Positions 1 to 10,546 are shown, counted from the first letter of the stretch. The stretch is 64,000 nucleotides of DNA from Vicinamibacterales bacterium (GCA_965215895.1 CBDCEY010000005.1:160792-224791), one strand, 5' to 3'. The notes: generated by a model from the sequence alone, not told the origin. Numbers and translations are program-made.

Positions 1-36
1 TACCTGTAACGTGACCGGCGCGCCACCTGCGCGCCC

Positions 37-966
37 CTACCTGCGTCCGGCCACGCCGATCAGTGCGCCATCGAGCACATCGAGCGTCTCCAGCGCGGCG
101 CTCTGCACCTTCACGCTGGGGTCGTATTCCGCGAGAGCCGCAACGGCGGAACGCAGATCCTCGCCGACGCCGCCCGAACCCAACCCCGCCACCGCCCGCA
201 ACCCGCTGATCATCACCTCGCCGGCCGGATCGATGCGGGTCTCCGACGCCGTGACGAGCCCGGTGACATGGTCGCGATCGAGCATGCGGGCCAACACCCC
301 CGCGGACCGCGAATCGCCATGACGCGCCAGGGCGACGGCGGCGTTCCACTGCACATCCGGCGTCGGATCGCCGAGCGCCGCCCGCAGGGTGGTGTGCGCA
401 CCGTCGTCCGGCAATACCCCGAGGGCGTACACCGCCATCTTCCGCACCCCGGGGTCGGACGACTGATACATCGAGACGATGCGCGGCACGACTGATTCGC
501 CGCCGAGGGAGGCGAGCGCCCACACGACGCTGATCACGGTCTCGTTGTCCGCATCGTCGAGCGCGTCGGTGAGCGCGGCAATCGTGCCGGGCGGCGGTGC
601 GCCGAGACGCCCGATCGCCAGGGCCAGATAGCGGCGAATCCGCGGGTCGTCCCGCTCGGACTCGATGAACGCGTCCACGAGCGCCCTCCCCAGCCCGGGG
701 TGTCTCTCCTCGGTGCCCGGATCGCCCATCAGCCGGGACAGCTCGTAGGCCGCCGGCCAGCGCCGGTCGCGACCGCCCGCCCGCACTTCGAGCAGATACT
801 CCTCGGGAGTGCGCTCGTCGGTCACCATCATGCTGAATCCGCCGTAGATGGCCACGACGACCGCGACCACCGAGAGGGGAATCAGAAAGAACTGGACGGC
901 GAGAGAGGGTGCGGCTGCAAGCGGCCCGACGGGGCTCTCAGGCTCACGCTCGCGAAGCTTTTCCAT
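37..966 (-). CDS. HEAT-repeat protein with N-terminal transmembrane helix
   Basis: 309-aa ORF. A hydrophobic segment (FFLIPLSVVAVVVAIYGG) is followed by repeated Ala/Leu-rich units (RYLALAIGRLG, VISVVWALASLG, VRKMAVYALGVL, VQWNAAVALARHG) typical of HEAT/PBS-lyase repeats. Confidence 0.6.
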   Translation of the reverse strand: MEKLREREPESPVGPLAAAPSLAVQFFLIPLSVVAVVVAIYGGFSMMVTDERTPEEYLLEVRAGGRDRRWPAAYELSRLMGDPGTEERHPGLGRALVDAFIESERDDPRIRRYLALAIGRLGAPPPGTIAALTDALDDADNETVISVVWALASLGGESVVPRIVSMYQSSDPGVRKMAVYALGVLPDDGAHTTLRAALGDPTPDVQWNAAVALARHGDSRSAGVLARMLDRDHVTGLVTASETRIDPAGEVMISGLRAVAGLGSGGVGEDLRSAVAALAEYDPSVKVQSAALETLDVLDGALIGVAGRR

Positions 967-1064
967 CGGGAAGTCTGGAAGACCGGAGACCGTAACCGCG
1001 GGCTTGTGTCATCAGTCACAAGCCCTGACGGGGGGACGCAAAACCCGAATCAAATCGTGGGCAG

Positions 1065-1094
1065 ATATTACTACGCATCGCCCGTCAGGGTCAA
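1065..1094 (-). promoter_or_regulatory. Possible sigma70-type promoter for the HEAT-repeat gene
   Basis: The minus strand reads TTGACC (1094-1089), an 18-nt spacer, then TAATAT (1070-1065). This lies about 100 nt upstream of the ORF start at 966. A 9-bp stem hairpin (1000-1008/1017-1025) sits in the putative leader. Confidence 0.3.
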
Positions 1095-1131
1095 GAACAC
1101 GAACCCGGTTCGCCAAGCGTCCGACGCCGTT

Positions 1132-1560
1132 CTACGGCGCAGGCGCGCCGACCAGCTCCAGGCCGCGAAAGAAGTACCCGAGCTCGAACGCGGCGGTCTC
1201 CGGCGCATCGGAACCGTGCGTCGCGTTGTGCTCGATCGAGCTCCCGAATCGACGCCGCAGGGTCCCCTCCTCCGCCTGTCCCGGGTCCGTCGCCCCCATC
1301 AACGTCCGCCAGCGCGCGATCGCGTCCGCGGCCTCCAGGGCGAGCACCACCGCCGGTCCCGACGACATGAACGTCGTCAGGCTGTCGAAGAACGGACGCG
1401 CCCGATGCACGGCATAGAAGCCCTCGGCTTCCGCCTTGGTCATCCGCACCATGCGCATCGCCGCCACCCGGAAGCCGGCCTCCTCGATGCGCTGGAGGAT
1501 CGCCCCGGTATGACCGGACGAGACCGCATCCGGCTTGATAATCGCGAATGTCTGCTCCAT
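1132..1560 (-). CDS. ndk: Nucleoside diphosphate kinase
   Basis: 142 aa. Starts MEQTFAIIKPDAV, contains the NATHGSD active-site His region, and has typical NDK length. Confidence 0.95.
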   Translation of the reverse strand: MEQTFAIIKPDAVSSGHTGAILQRIEEAGFRVAAMRMVRMTKAEAEGFYAVHRARPFFDSLTTFMSSGPAVVLALEAADAIARWRTLMGATDPGQAEEGTLRRRFGSSIEHNATHGSDAPETAAFELGYFFRGLELVGAPAP

Positions 1561-1587
1561 ACGTCCCTACTCGTTGCCCGACCCTCG

Positions 1588-1643
1588 CCCGGAAACCGCG
1601 CGACCTTGCGGTCGCGTTGGGAGTTTCGCTGGCGCGAAACTCC
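1588..1643. repeat. REP-like GC-rich double hairpin (intergenic ndk/korB)
   Basis: The unit cccggaaaCcgcgcgaccTTGCggtcgcgTtg has a near-copy at 5727-5758. It is followed by a perfect 10-bp stem, ggagtttcgc (1620-1629) / gcgaaactcc (1634-1643). Confidence 0.7.
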
Positions 1644-1667
1644 TACGGCGCAAGCTCCTGGCCTTCC

Positions 1668-2777
1668 CTAGCCGAGACCGGCCATTATCTCGTCGAGAAC
1701 GGCCCTCGGCGGGCGCACCCGCGACTCCGGCAACGATGCCAGCGGCTCGTCGACCAGGTTCAGCGTGGTCAGGAAATCGTCGGCGGCCGGCTCCACGTAG
1801 ATGAGCCCGGTGGCGAACTCTCCGCGGGCGTGGGTCTCGTGCAGCACCCCCAGCGCCTGCATCTTGTCGGTCGGGTCGTACACGTCGTCGAGCTTCCGCA
1901 GATAGAGCCGCGACCCGTCGTGCAAGGCCACTTCCCGCATGGTTCCCGGCTCGTAGTCGATCGAGATGTCCTCGAAGAACGGCACGAAGTCCAGCTCCTC
2001 GAGCGGGTCGTCATGGCTCTTCACGTAGGCGTAGCTCTTCGTCGAGCCCTCGTGGTCGTTGAACGTCACGCAGGGCGACAGGACATCGATCATCGCGGTG
2101 CCGCGGTGGCCGAGCGCCGCCTTCAGAATCGTCGTCAACTGCTTCTTGTCGCCGGAAAAGGAACGCGCCACGAAGGTCGCGCCCAGTTGAATTGCGAGGG
2201 CGCAGGTATCGATGGGCGGCAGGTCGTTGACGACGCCGGTCTTCAACGTCGACCCCACGTCCGCGGTGGGCGAGAACTGTCCCTTCGTGAGGCCGTAGCA
2301 GCCATTGTCCTCGATGATGTAGATGATCGGCAGGTTCCGGCGCATGAGATGCACGAACTGCCCGATGCCGATCGCGCCGGTATCCCCGTCGCCGCTCACG
2401 CCGACCGCCACCAGCTTGTGATTGGCGAGCAGGGCGCCGGTGCCGACCGAGGGCATCCGACCGTGCACGGCGTTGAAGCCGTGCGACGACCCGAGGAAAT
2501 AGGCCGGGCTCTTGCTCGAGCAGCCGATGCCGGACAGCTTGATCACGCGATCCGGCTCGATCCCCATCGCGAAGCAGGCGTCGATGATCCGTTCCGAGAT
2601 GGCGTTGTGCCCGCATCCGGCGCACAGGGTGGTCTTGCCTCCCCGGTACGCGGGCAGATCGAGGCCGATCCGGTTGGTCTTCTTCTTCACAGGGGCAGTC
2701 ACTGTCGTCACGGTCTGTCCTCGCTCGAATGCCGGGCGAAAGGACCCGCCCGTCCCATCACCGGCCGGCCCGATCAC
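1668..2777 (-). CDS. korB: 2-oxoglutarate/2-oxoacid:ferredoxin oxidoreductase, beta subunit
   Basis: 369 aa with the TPP-binding region GDGDTGAIGIGQFVHLMRRNLPIIYIIEDNGCYGLTKGQ and a CAGCGH motif. The GTG start overlaps the korA stop. Confidence 0.9.
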   Translation of the reverse strand: MIGPAGDGTGGSFRPAFERGQTVTTVTAPVKKKTNRIGLDLPAYRGGKTTLCAGCGHNAISERIIDACFAMGIEPDRVIKLSGIGCSSKSPAYFLGSSHGFNAVHGRMPSVGTGALLANHKLVAVGVSGDGDTGAIGIGQFVHLMRRNLPIIYIIEDNGCYGLTKGQFSPTADVGSTLKTGVVNDLPPIDTCALAIQLGATFVARSFSGDKKQLTTILKAALGHRGTAMIDVLSPCVTFNDHEGSTKSYAYVKSHDDPLEELDFVPFFEDISIDYEPGTMREVALHDGSRLYLRKLDDVYDPTDKMQALGVLHETHARGEFATGLIYVEPAADDFLTTLNLVDEPLASLPESRVRPPRAVLDEIMAGLG

Positions 2778-4669
2778 TCTCCGCCGACGCCCGCCTCATG
2801 CGGAATCGGCCCATCGGCCACCGAGTACTCCGCTCGGAACCCTTCCTGAACCAGGATGTCGTCGGTGACGGTGCGGGCATCGAGGGGCACGCCCGCGTAG
2901 TGCAGGACGCTGCGGAGACGGCCCGCCAGCTCGGCCTTGAGCTCGAGCCGCATCAGGGACGCCATCTGCGCGTCCCGATTCTGCTCGACCACGTAGACGC
3001 GGTCGTGCCGCTCGATGAACGACGCCAGCCCCGAGCGAAACGGATAGGCGCGGAGCCGGTAGTACGAGGTCTGCAGGTCGGCTTCATCAAGGAGCTGGTC
3101 GCGCCCCTCGACCACCGCCCAGTGACTCGTGCCGTAGGCGATGATGCCGATGCTCGCCTGCTGGTTGATCTCGACCACCGGCGCGGGCATCCAGTTGCGG
3201 GCGGTCTCGAACTTGCGCGACAGGCGGTCGACGTTCTTCTCGTAGTCGTCCGAGCGTTCGCTGTACTGTCCCCACTCGTTGTGGCCCGACCCGCGGCAGA
3301 AGTAGGCGGGAGCGGAGCGGCCGGGGATGGACCGATACGGAATGCCGTCGCCGTCCACGTCGCGGTAGCGGCCGAACCGGCCGATCTTCTCGAGGGTCTC
3401 CTCGTCGAGCACCTTGCCGCGATCGATCGGCTTCGCGGGGTACTCGAACTTCGGAGACATCCAGGTGTTCATGCCGAGATCGAGGTCGCTCAACACGAAG
3501 ACGGGCGTCTGGAACCGCTCGGCCAGATTGAAGGCGTCGATCGACATCGAGTAGCACTCTTCCGGGGAGCAGGGGAACAGCATCGGATGCCGCGTATCCC
3601 CGTGCGAGAGAAACGCAGTCGTCAGAACGTCGCCCTGGGCGGTACGGGTCGGCAACCCCGTCGACGGCCCCACCCGCTGGATATCGAAGACGACCGCGGG
3701 CACCTCCGCGTAGTAGCCGAGCCCGGCGAACTCGCCCATGAGCGAGATGCCGGGTCCCGAGGTCGCGGTCATCGACCGGGCCCCGGCCCAGCCTCCGCCC
3801 AGCGCCATCCCCAGCGCGGCGATCTCGTCCTCGGCCTGCACGACGGCGAAGGTGGCCTTGCCGGTCTCCGCATCCACGCGGTACTTGCGCAGATAGTCGA
3901 TGAGGGTCTCGCACAGCGACGACGAAGGCGTGATCGGATACCAGGTGACGACGGTCACCCCGGCCATCATGCAGCCGATGGCCGCCGCCGCGTTGCCCTC
4001 GACGAGAATGCGCTCGCGGTTCTCGTTCATCGGCTCGATGAAGTACGGATCCCGCTTTTCCAGGTGCTCGTCGGCGAAGGCGAAGCCGATGTCGAGAGCC
4101 TCCCGGTTGAGGATGACGACCTTGGGCTTGCTGCCGAACTGTCTCCGGAGCGCGGCCTCCATCTCGTCGAGGTCCACCCCGAGCAGACGCGACAGCACCC
4201 CGTCGTACAACATGTTGCGCACGCGGCGCCGCAGCTTGACGTCGCGAGACACCTTCCCGAGGAGCGTGTCGAAAGGGACCGGGTAGAACACGAGATCGTC
4301 GCGCAACGCCGCGAGATCGAGCGGCTCGTCGTAGACGACCATCGCTCCCGCCGGCAGGCCGAGCACGTCCTCCCGGGCGGTCTCCGGATTCATCGCGACG
4401 AGGACGTCGATCTCCTTCTTACGGGCGATGTATCCCTGCCGGTTGGCCCGGATGGTGAACCAGGTGGGCAGACCGGCGATGTTTGACGGAAACAGGTTCT
4501 TCCCCGAAACGGGGACACCCATCTGAAAGATGGCGCGCAACAGCACGAGGTTCGCCGTCTGGCTTCCGGAACCGTTGACGGTCGCGACCTGGATGCTGAA
4601 ATCGTTGATGACGGGATCGACAGACGACGCGGAGGGACGTGCTTCGACTACGACCTCGTACGCGGCCAT
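2774..4669 (-). CDS. korA: 2-oxoglutarate/2-oxoacid:ferredoxin oxidoreductase, alpha subunit
   Basis: 631 aa. N-terminal region QVATVNGSGSQTANLVLLRAIFQMGVPVSGKNLFPSNIAGLPTW, then YPITPSS. A GAGGAA RBS precedes the ATG at 4669. Operonic with korB. Confidence 0.9.
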   Translation of the reverse strand: MAAYEVVVEARPSASSVDPVINDFSIQVATVNGSGSQTANLVLLRAIFQMGVPVSGKNLFPSNIAGLPTWFTIRANRQGYIARKKEIDVLVAMNPETAREDVLGLPAGAMVVYDEPLDLAALRDDLVFYPVPFDTLLGKVSRDVKLRRRVRNMLYDGVLSRLLGVDLDEMEAALRRQFGSKPKVVILNREALDIGFAFADEHLEKRDPYFIEPMNENRERILVEGNAAAAIGCMMAGVTVVTWYPITPSSSLCETLIDYLRKYRVDAETGKATFAVVQAEDEIAALGMALGGGWAGARSMTATSGPGISLMGEFAGLGYYAEVPAVVFDIQRVGPSTGLPTRTAQGDVLTTAFLSHGDTRHPMLFPCSPEECYSMSIDAFNLAERFQTPVFVLSDLDLGMNTWMSPKFEYPAKPIDRGKVLDEETLEKIGRFGRYRDVDGDGIPYRSIPGRSAPAYFCRGSGHNEWGQYSERSDDYEKNVDRLSRKFETARNWMPAPVVEINQQASIGIIAYGTSHWAVVEGRDQLLDEADLQTSYYRLRAYPFRSGLASFIERHDRVYVVEQNRDAQMASLMRLELKAELAGRLRSVLHYAGVPLDARTVTDDILVQEGFRAEYSVADGPIPHEAGVGGE

Positions 4670-4822
4670 TCAGATTCCTCGGGGCGATAGCGGGTGGTGA
4701 CGGGTGGAGGCGGTGACACGGTGTTCTTTGAAGTGAAGTACAGGGCGGCCTGTCTCAGTATAACAAACGCCCGCTCTTTTTGCGCCCTCCATCGAGGAGG
4801 AGCCGCCGCGCGTCCGGCCGGT

Positions 4823-5701
4823 TCACGACGCGGGCGGGATCGCCGCGGCCACCGCGGCGCCGATATCCGACGGGCTGCCGACGACGCTGACGCCGGCCGA
4901 CGACAGGGCCGCCATCTTCTCGACCGCGGTGCCCTGGCCGCCCGAGATGATGGCGCCCGCATGTCCCATGCGGCGACCGGGCGGGGCGGTCTGGCCGGCG
5001 ATGAACCCGATGACGGGCTTCCGGACGTTGTCGCGGATGAACGCCGCCGCCTCTTCCTCGGCGGCGCCGCCGATCTCGCCGATCAGCACGACCGCGTCGG
5101 TCGCGGGGTCATCCTCGAAGAGACCGAGGGCGTCGATGAAGCTCGTGCCGATCAACGGATCGCCGCCGATGCCGATGCAGGTGGTCTGCCCGAGCCCGAG
5201 CCGGGTCAACTGGTGGATCGCCTCGTAGGTCAACGTGCCGCTCTTCGAGACGATGCCGACCCGCCCTTCGCGGCAGATGTGGCCGGGAATGATGCCGGCC
5301 TTGGCGCGCCCCGGCGAGATGAGCCCGGGACAGTTCGGCCCGACGAGCCGGCAGTCCCGCTCCCCGATGAACGCCAGCACCCGCATCATGTCGAGGGTGG
5401 GAATCCCTTCGGTGATGCAGACCGCCAGCGCGACGCCCGCATCCGCCGCCTCCATGATCGCGTCGGCGGCAACCGCCGGCGGCACGAAGAGGACCGAGGC
5501 GTCCGCGCCGGTCTCTCGCACCGCGGCGGCGACCGTGTCGAACACCGGAAGCCCCTCGTGGGTGGTCCCCCCCTTGCCGGGCGTCACCCCGCCCACGACG
5601 TTCGTGCCGTACTCGATGGCCTGCCGGGCGTGAAAGGCCCCTTCCCGTCCCGTCAGGCCCTGGACGAGGAGCCGAGTCCGTTCATCGATCAGAACCGCCA
5701 T
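4823..5701 (-). CDS. sucD: Succinyl-CoA synthetase alpha subunit
   Basis: 292 aa: [35 protein letters not shown] ... [10 protein letters not shown]. Confidence 0.95.
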   Translation of the reverse strand: MAVLIDERTRLLVQGLTGREGAFHARQAIEYGTNVVGGVTPGKGGTTHEGLPVFDTVAAAVRETGADASVLFVPPAVAADAIMEAADAGVALAVCITEGIPTLDMMRVLAFIGERDCRLVGPNCPGLISPGRAKAGIIPGHICREGRVGIVSKSGTLTYEAIHQLTRLGLGQTTCIGIGGDPLIGTSFIDALGLFEDDPATDAVVLIGEIGGAAEEEAAAFIRDNVRKPVIGFIAGQTAPPGRRMGHAGAIISGGQGTAVEKMAALSSAGVSVVGSPSDIGAAVAAAIPPAS

Positions 5702-5726
5702 CTCACGAGCCTCACGAACCCGCCAG

Positions 5727-5822
5727 CCCGGAAATCGCGCGACCGTAGGGTCGCGCTGCGGCCTCCCATTGCCGCCTAACCAACTCTGCCGGGAATCTGC
5801 ACCGTTTCTACGGCGCAGACTC
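5727..5822. repeat. REP-like mosaic repeat (intergenic sucD/sucC)
   Basis: cccggaaaTcgcgcgaccGTAGggtcgcgCtg is a copy of the 1588 unit. ccaactctgccgggaatctgc is shared with 63040-63060. A hairpin, caccgtttCTAcggcg, carries the sucC stop codon. Confidence 0.7.
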
Positions 5823-6980
5823 CTGCCGCGCGACCTCGACGACCTGCCGCGCCGCCTCTCCCATGGTGTCCGCGGTGGTGAAGTTCAGGCCGCTCTCCCC
5901 GAGCATGCGCCGCCCTTCCTCCACGTTGGTCCCTTCCATGCGGATGACCACCGGCACGTCGACCCCGAGCTCCGTGACCGCCGTGATGACCCCGGCGGCG
6001 AGCACGTCGCACCGCAGGATGCCGCCGAAGATGTTGATCAGCACCGCACGCACCTGGCTATCCGACAGGAGAATCCGGAACGCGTTCCGGATCTGGTCGG
6101 CGTTGGCGCCCCCGCCCACGTCGAGAAAGTTCGCGGGCTCGCCGCCGGACACCTTGATGATGTCCATCGTCGCCATCGCCAGGCCCGCGCCGTTTACCAT
6201 GCAGCCGATGTTGCCGTCGAGCCGGATGTAGTTGAGCGCGTGCCGGGACGCCTCGATCTCCAACGGCTCTTCCTCCGCGAGATCGCGCAGCTCCGCCAGA
6301 TCGGCATGCCTGAACAACGCGTTGTCGTCCAGCGACACCTTCGCGTCGAGGGCGAGCACCGCGCCGGCGGCGGTCACCACCAGCGGATTGATCTCGACGA
6401 GCGAAGCGTCGGCGGTAGTGAACGCCGCATAGGCGCGGTCCATGAGCGCAGCCGCGGCCCGGGCCGGCGCCCCCGACAGCCCCACCGCGTGGGCCAGCCG
6501 CCGGGCCTGGAACGGCACGAGCCCGAGACGGGGGTCGACGTGAATCCTGTGGATGAGCTCGGGGGTGTCCGCCGCCACCGCCTCGATGTCCATCCCGCCC
6601 GCCGCGCTCGCCATCATGACCGGCCGCCCCGCCGCCCGGTCGACGAGCACGCCGAGATACAGCTCGCTGGCCACGTCGAGCGCCTCTTCCACGAGCAGCC
6701 GCCCGACGACCCGGCCGCCGGGTCCGGTCTGGGGGGTCACGAGGGTCATCCCCAGCATCTCCCCCGCGATCCGTTCCGCGTCGGCCGCGTCGGCGGCCAC
6801 CTTGACGCCCCCGCCCTTGCCGCGGCCACCGGCGTGGATCTGCGCCTTCACGACGACCCGGCCGCCGAGACGGCGCGCGATGGCGCCGGCCTCCGGGGCC
6901 GAGAGCGCCGGCTCCCCGCGCGGTACGGCGACGCCGTGACCCGCGAGCAGCGCCTTCGCCTGGTACTCGTGGATCTTCAC
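5808..6980 (-). CDS. sucC: Succinyl-CoA synthetase beta subunit
   Basis: 390 aa. Starts [22 protein letters not shown], with an ATP-grasp layout. Adjacent to sucD. Confidence 0.95.
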   Translation of the reverse strand: MKIHEYQAKALLAGHGVAVPRGEPALSAPEAGAIARRLGGRVVVKAQIHAGGRGKGGGVKVAADAADAERIAGEMLGMTLVTPQTGPGGRVVGRLLVEEALDVASELYLGVLVDRAAGRPVMMASAAGGMDIEAVAADTPELIHRIHVDPRLGLVPFQARRLAHAVGLSGAPARAAAALMDRAYAAFTTADASLVEINPLVVTAAGAVLALDAKVSLDDNALFRHADLAELRDLAEEEPLEIEASRHALNYIRLDGNIGCMVNGAGLAMATMDIIKVSGGEPANFLDVGGGANADQIRNAFRILLSDSQVRAVLINIFGGILRCDVLAAGVITAVTELGVDVPVVIRMEGTNVEEGRRMLGESGLNFTTADTMGEAARQVVEVARQESAP

Positions 6981-6984
6981 GACG

Positions 6985-7911
6985 CTACAGCCCCAGAACG
7001 TCGACCAGCTCCTTCACGGCCGCCGCCGACTTGTCCAGCGCGGCCCGCTCACCCGGTTCGAGGGCGATCTCGATCACCTGCTCGGCCCCGCCCGCGCCCA
7101 GCTTCACCGGCACGCCGACGAACAGATCCCGAATGCCGTACTCGCCCTGCAGGTAGACGGCGCAAGGCAGGATCTTCTTCTTGTCCTTCAGGATCGCCTC
7201 GACCATCTCCACCGCGGCCGAGCCCGGGGCGTAATAGGCGCTGCCGGTACCGAGCAGCTTGACGATCTCTGCTCCCCCGTTGGCGGTTCGCTCCACGATG
7301 GCCTCGATGGTCGCCTCGTCCAGCAACTGGGTGATCGGGATTCCGGCGACGGTGGAGAACCGCGGCAGAGGCACCATGGTGTCGCCATGCCCCCCGAGCA
7401 CGAAGGCGTGGGTGTTCTCGACCGAGACCTGCAGCGCCTCGGCGATGAACGAGCGCATGCGGGCGGAATCGAGCACCCCGGCCATGCCCACGACGCGTTC
7501 GCGGGGGAATCCGCTCGCTCGATACACGACCTGACACATCGCATCCAGCGGGTTCGTGACCGGGACGATGATGCAATCGGGCGAATGCCTGACGACCTCG
7601 GCCGTCACCGACCGGATGATGTTCGCGTTCTTCTGCAGCAGGTCGTCACGGCTCATGCCCGGCTTGCGAGCGAGACCGGCGGTGATCACGACGATGTCCG
7701 ATCCGGCGGTGTCGGCATAGTCGTTCGTGCCGAGCACCCGCGAGTCGGACCCCTCGATGGGACAGGCCTCGAGCATGTCGAGGGCCTTGCCCTGCGGCAC
7801 GCCGTCGAGGATGTCCAGGATCACGACATCGGCCAGTTCCTTGTCGGCGATGCTCCGCGCCGCGGTGGCGCCGACATTGCCGGACCCGATGACGCTGACT
7901 TTTCGATGCAT
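6985..7911 (-). CDS. mdh: Malate dehydrogenase (LDH-like family)
   Basis: 308 aa: [15 protein letters not shown] ... [17 protein letters not shown] ... [11 protein letters not shown]. Confidence 0.95.
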   Translation of the reverse strand: MHRKVSVIGSGNVGATAARSIADKELADVVILDILDGVPQGKALDMLEACPIEGSDSRVLGTNDYADTAGSDIVVITAGLARKPGMSRDDLLQKNANIIRSVTAEVVRHSPDCIIVPVTNPLDAMCQVVYRASGFPRERVVGMAGVLDSARMRSFIAEALQVSVENTHAFVLGGHGDTMVPLPRFSTVAGIPITQLLDEATIEAIVERTANGGAEIVKLLGTGSAYYAPGSAAVEMVEAILKDKKKILPCAVYLQGEYGIRDLFVGVPVKLGAGGAEQVIEIALEPGERAALDKSAAAVKELVDVLGL

Positions 7912-8201
7912 GACGCGCTCACTACCCCTTTCATTGCCGGCGATCCGGTGGCGGACGCTTGCCGTTCACCACGTGAATGCGATCTCACCGTGGCGCGCAA
8001 CCGAATCGTCACCGAAAACCGTGGAACCCTTGGTGGAAAATGCCCCCGCGGCGCTTCGCGAACCGCCCGTGCGGGGTCGTCGATCGCGTGGTGGCCGAAC
8101 AGCCGCCTATTATACTGCGGTACAGTGCAAGAGAGTTCAGGGGCCGGTTTCGGCCCCCCGTCCCCGCCTTCGGGAAAAATCCAGAGAGAAACGAGCGCGG
8201 A

Positions 8202-9800
8202 ATGAAGATCGTGATAGCCGATTCCCTGCCGTCGTCGGCGGCAGATCTGCTTCGCAACCAGGGATGGACCGTCGATGCCGAGGCCGGGCGGCCCCGGCCC
8301 CGGCTGCAGTTCGCCCTCGTGGATGCCGACGCCCTGATCGTCCGCAGCGCGACCCGGGTGGATGCCGAGCTGCTCGCCGGCTCGCCCCGGCTCAAGGTCG
8401 TCGCGCGGGCGGGCACCGGCGTCGACAACGTCGACCTCGACGCGGCCAGCGCGCGCGGGGTGCTGGTCGTCAACGCGCCGGGGGCCAACAGCATCAGCGT
8501 GGCCGAACATGCGCTGGCCCTCCTGCTCGCCTCCGCCCGGTCCGTGCCGCAGGCCGACGCCCTGCTCAAGGCGGGCCGCTGGGAGAAGAAGCGCCTGCTG
8601 GGGGTCGAGGTGCGCGGCAAGATCCTGGGCGTCGTCGGCCTCGGCCGCATCGGCCGGGAAGTGGTCCACCGGGCCCACGCCTTCGGCATGCGGTGCATCG
8701 CGCACGACCCCTTCATCGCGAGTCAGGTCGCCGCGGATCTCGACGTCGAGCTCCTGGAGCTGGACGAGCTGTGCGCGGCCGCGGACTTCATCACCCTGCA
8801 CGTGCCGGCCACCGGCCCCCAGCCGCTGTTCACCGCGGAACGGCTGGCCCGCTGTAAGCCAACGGCGCGCATCATCAATACGGCGCGCGGCGCTCTCATC
8901 GACGAGGCGGCCCTCGCCGACGCGATCGAGCGGGGCGCCTTCGGCGGCGCCGGGCTCGACGTCTTCCAGGTCGAGCCTCCGCCGGACGATCGCCTCCTCC
9001 GGCTTCCCCAGGTCGTCGCCACGCCGCACATCGCGGGGTCCACCCACGAGGCGCAGGAGCTGGTGGGGCTGGAGACGGCGGCCTGCGTGCGCGACTTTCT
9101 CGGCGCGGGCATCGTGCGGAACGCGGTCAACTACCCCTCCCTCGGCTCGGAGGAGCTGAAACGGAAGCAGCCTTACACGGTGCTGGCGCGCCGTCTCGGG
9201 ACCTTGCTGAAGCAAATCGCCACCGCGCGTCCGGAAGCCCTCTCCCTCCGGTACTACGGCGGCCTCGCCGAGGGCAACAACGAGCCGCTCGTGGGCGCCA
9301 GCCTGGTCGGTTTCTTCGGGTCGACCGTGGCCAACGTCACCCCCATCAACGCCCGGGCGGTGGCCCGCGACCGCGGGATCGAGGTCATCGAGTCCCGCAG
9401 CTCGAGACCCCGCAACTTCACCAACCTCATCTCGATGAAGCTCCACACCGCCCAGGGCGAGCACTGGGTCGAAGGGGTCCTGTTCGAACAGGCCGGCCCG
9501 CGGCTGGTCCTTCTCGACGGCGTGCAGATCGAGGCCCCCCTGGAGGGCACCCTCGTGGTGGTCCGCAACGAGGATCAGCCGGGCGTGATCGGCGAGGTGG
9601 GCGGGATTCTCGGCCGCCACGCCATCAACATCGAGACGTTCGCGCTGGGCCGGGGACCGGCGGGGGCGGGCGCGGTGGCGGTGGTCAAGATCGACCGGGA
9701 AGACACCGGCGGCCCGGGTATCGCAGACGAGGTCCTCCGCGAGATCGCGACGGTGCCCGCCGTCAGGCAGGCGTTCGTGATATCCACCTGGGAGGCATGA
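8202..9800 (+). CDS. serA: D-3-phosphoglycerate dehydrogenase
   Basis: Start chosen at ATG 8202 (MKIVIADSL), inside a longer open frame. NAD-binding motif GVVGLGRIGREV and a C-terminal ACT-like domain. 532 aa. Confidence 0.9.
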   Translation: MKIVIADSLPSSAADLLRNQGWTVDAEAGRPRPRLQFALVDADALIVRSATRVDAELLAGSPRLKVVARAGTGVDNVDLDAASARGVLVVNAPGANSISVAEHALALLLASARSVPQADALLKAGRWEKKRLLGVEVRGKILGVVGLGRIGREVVHRAHAFGMRCIAHDPFIASQVAADLDVELLELDELCAAADFITLHVPATGPQPLFTAERLARCKPTARIINTARGALIDEAALADAIERGAFGGAGLDVFQVEPPPDDRLLRLPQVVATPHIAGSTHEAQELVGLETAACVRDFLGAGIVRNAVNYPSLGSEELKRKQPYTVLARRLGTLLKQIATARPEALSLRYYGGLAEGNNEPLVGASLVGFFGSTVANVTPINARAVARDRGIEVIESRSSRPRNFTNLISMKLHTAQGEHWVEGVLFEQAGPRLVLLDGVQIEAPLEGTLVVVRNEDQPGVIGEVGGILGRHAINIETFALGRGPAGAGAVAVVKIDREDTGGPGIADEVLREIATVPAVRQAFVISTWEA

Positions 9801-9804
9801 GCCG

Positions 9805-10356
9805 TTACGGCAACTTCAGTTGAAAGGACACCTGCCGGCCGGGATCGAACAGCTCGACGCCGTCGGCGTCGATGCGCTCCACCCGGTACCGACCCGGCAG
9901 CTCGTCGCCGACCTGCGCCAGCACCACCCGTCCGTCGACGGACAGGATCGCGGTCCGGCGGGGACCCGACGGCGTCTCGTCGGCCGCGATGCCCGCGAGC
10001 GACACCCGGAGCGCGACGGCCTGCGCCGCCGCTGCCGCCGGGCTCGGCGCCCAGCCGTCGGGAACGACCGGTTCCGGCGCCGCAACCGCGGCGGAGCCGC
10101 GGGAAGCGAGCGTGAACGGGTTGCGGACGACCGGCCGCGGACGGGGCGCCTGCTCGAGGTAGGCGGCCATCCGCGCCACTTCCCGGTCCAGATCGATTCC
10201 CCCGATGGGGGAGGGCGAGGCTTGCGGAGGGGGGGCCGGATCGCCGGCGGAAGGCGGGGACGGGTTCACGCCGGGCGTCGTCCCCGCCGCCGAGGACAAC
10301 CACGCCGCCAGGAGCGCGGCACCGGCCGCCCAAACCGCCAGACGCGTCCTGCTCAT
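9805..10356 (-). CDS. Hypothetical secreted Pro/Ala-rich protein
   Basis: 183 aa. Signal-like N-terminus (MSRTRLAVWAAGAALLAAWLSSAAG), a Pro-rich linker and a small C-terminal beta-rich domain. I cannot assign a family. Confidence 0.5.
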   Translation of the reverse strand: MSRTRLAVWAAGAALLAAWLSSAAGTTPGVNPSPPSAGDPAPPPQASPSPIGGIDLDREVARMAAYLEQAPRPRPVVRNPFTLASRGSAAVAAPEPVVPDGWAPSPAAAAAQAVALRVSLAGIAADETPSGPRRTAILSVDGRVVLAQVGDELPGRYRVERIDADGVELFDPGRQVSFQLKLP

Positions 10357-10546
10357 GACCTCACCTGCCGTGGCGAAAGCCCGGCGGTCTCACCGGGGAG
10401 TCCCCCTCTGCATCGTACCATGCCGTGACGGATCCGGCACGCGTCAGCCGGCGGGAGGGGTGCACGACAAGAAAGTTGGGGATTTTCCGTTGGGGGTATT
10501 GAGCGAGCACTGATCGACCGATTCCTCGGGTAGGAGGACTCCGACC

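Noticed and set aside
700-2849. Long plus-strand ORFs (700-1671, 848-1417, 1548-2849) overlapping ndk and korB
   Set aside because: They are Arg/Pro/Gly-rich antisense frames, typical of high-GC DNA. The opposite strand encodes unmistakable ndk and korB. The same reasoning applies to 2729-4486, 5769-7262, 7821-9620, 10711-11988, 13011-14348, 14376-15377, 15169-17637, 19908-21548, 34908-37595, 37889-40084 (apart from its last ~113 codons), 40302-41297, 41417-42478, 42658-43731, 43984-45705, 46010-47092, 53390-55204, 55421-56821, 57522-58709, 58538-60004, 59463-61127 and 60943-62907.
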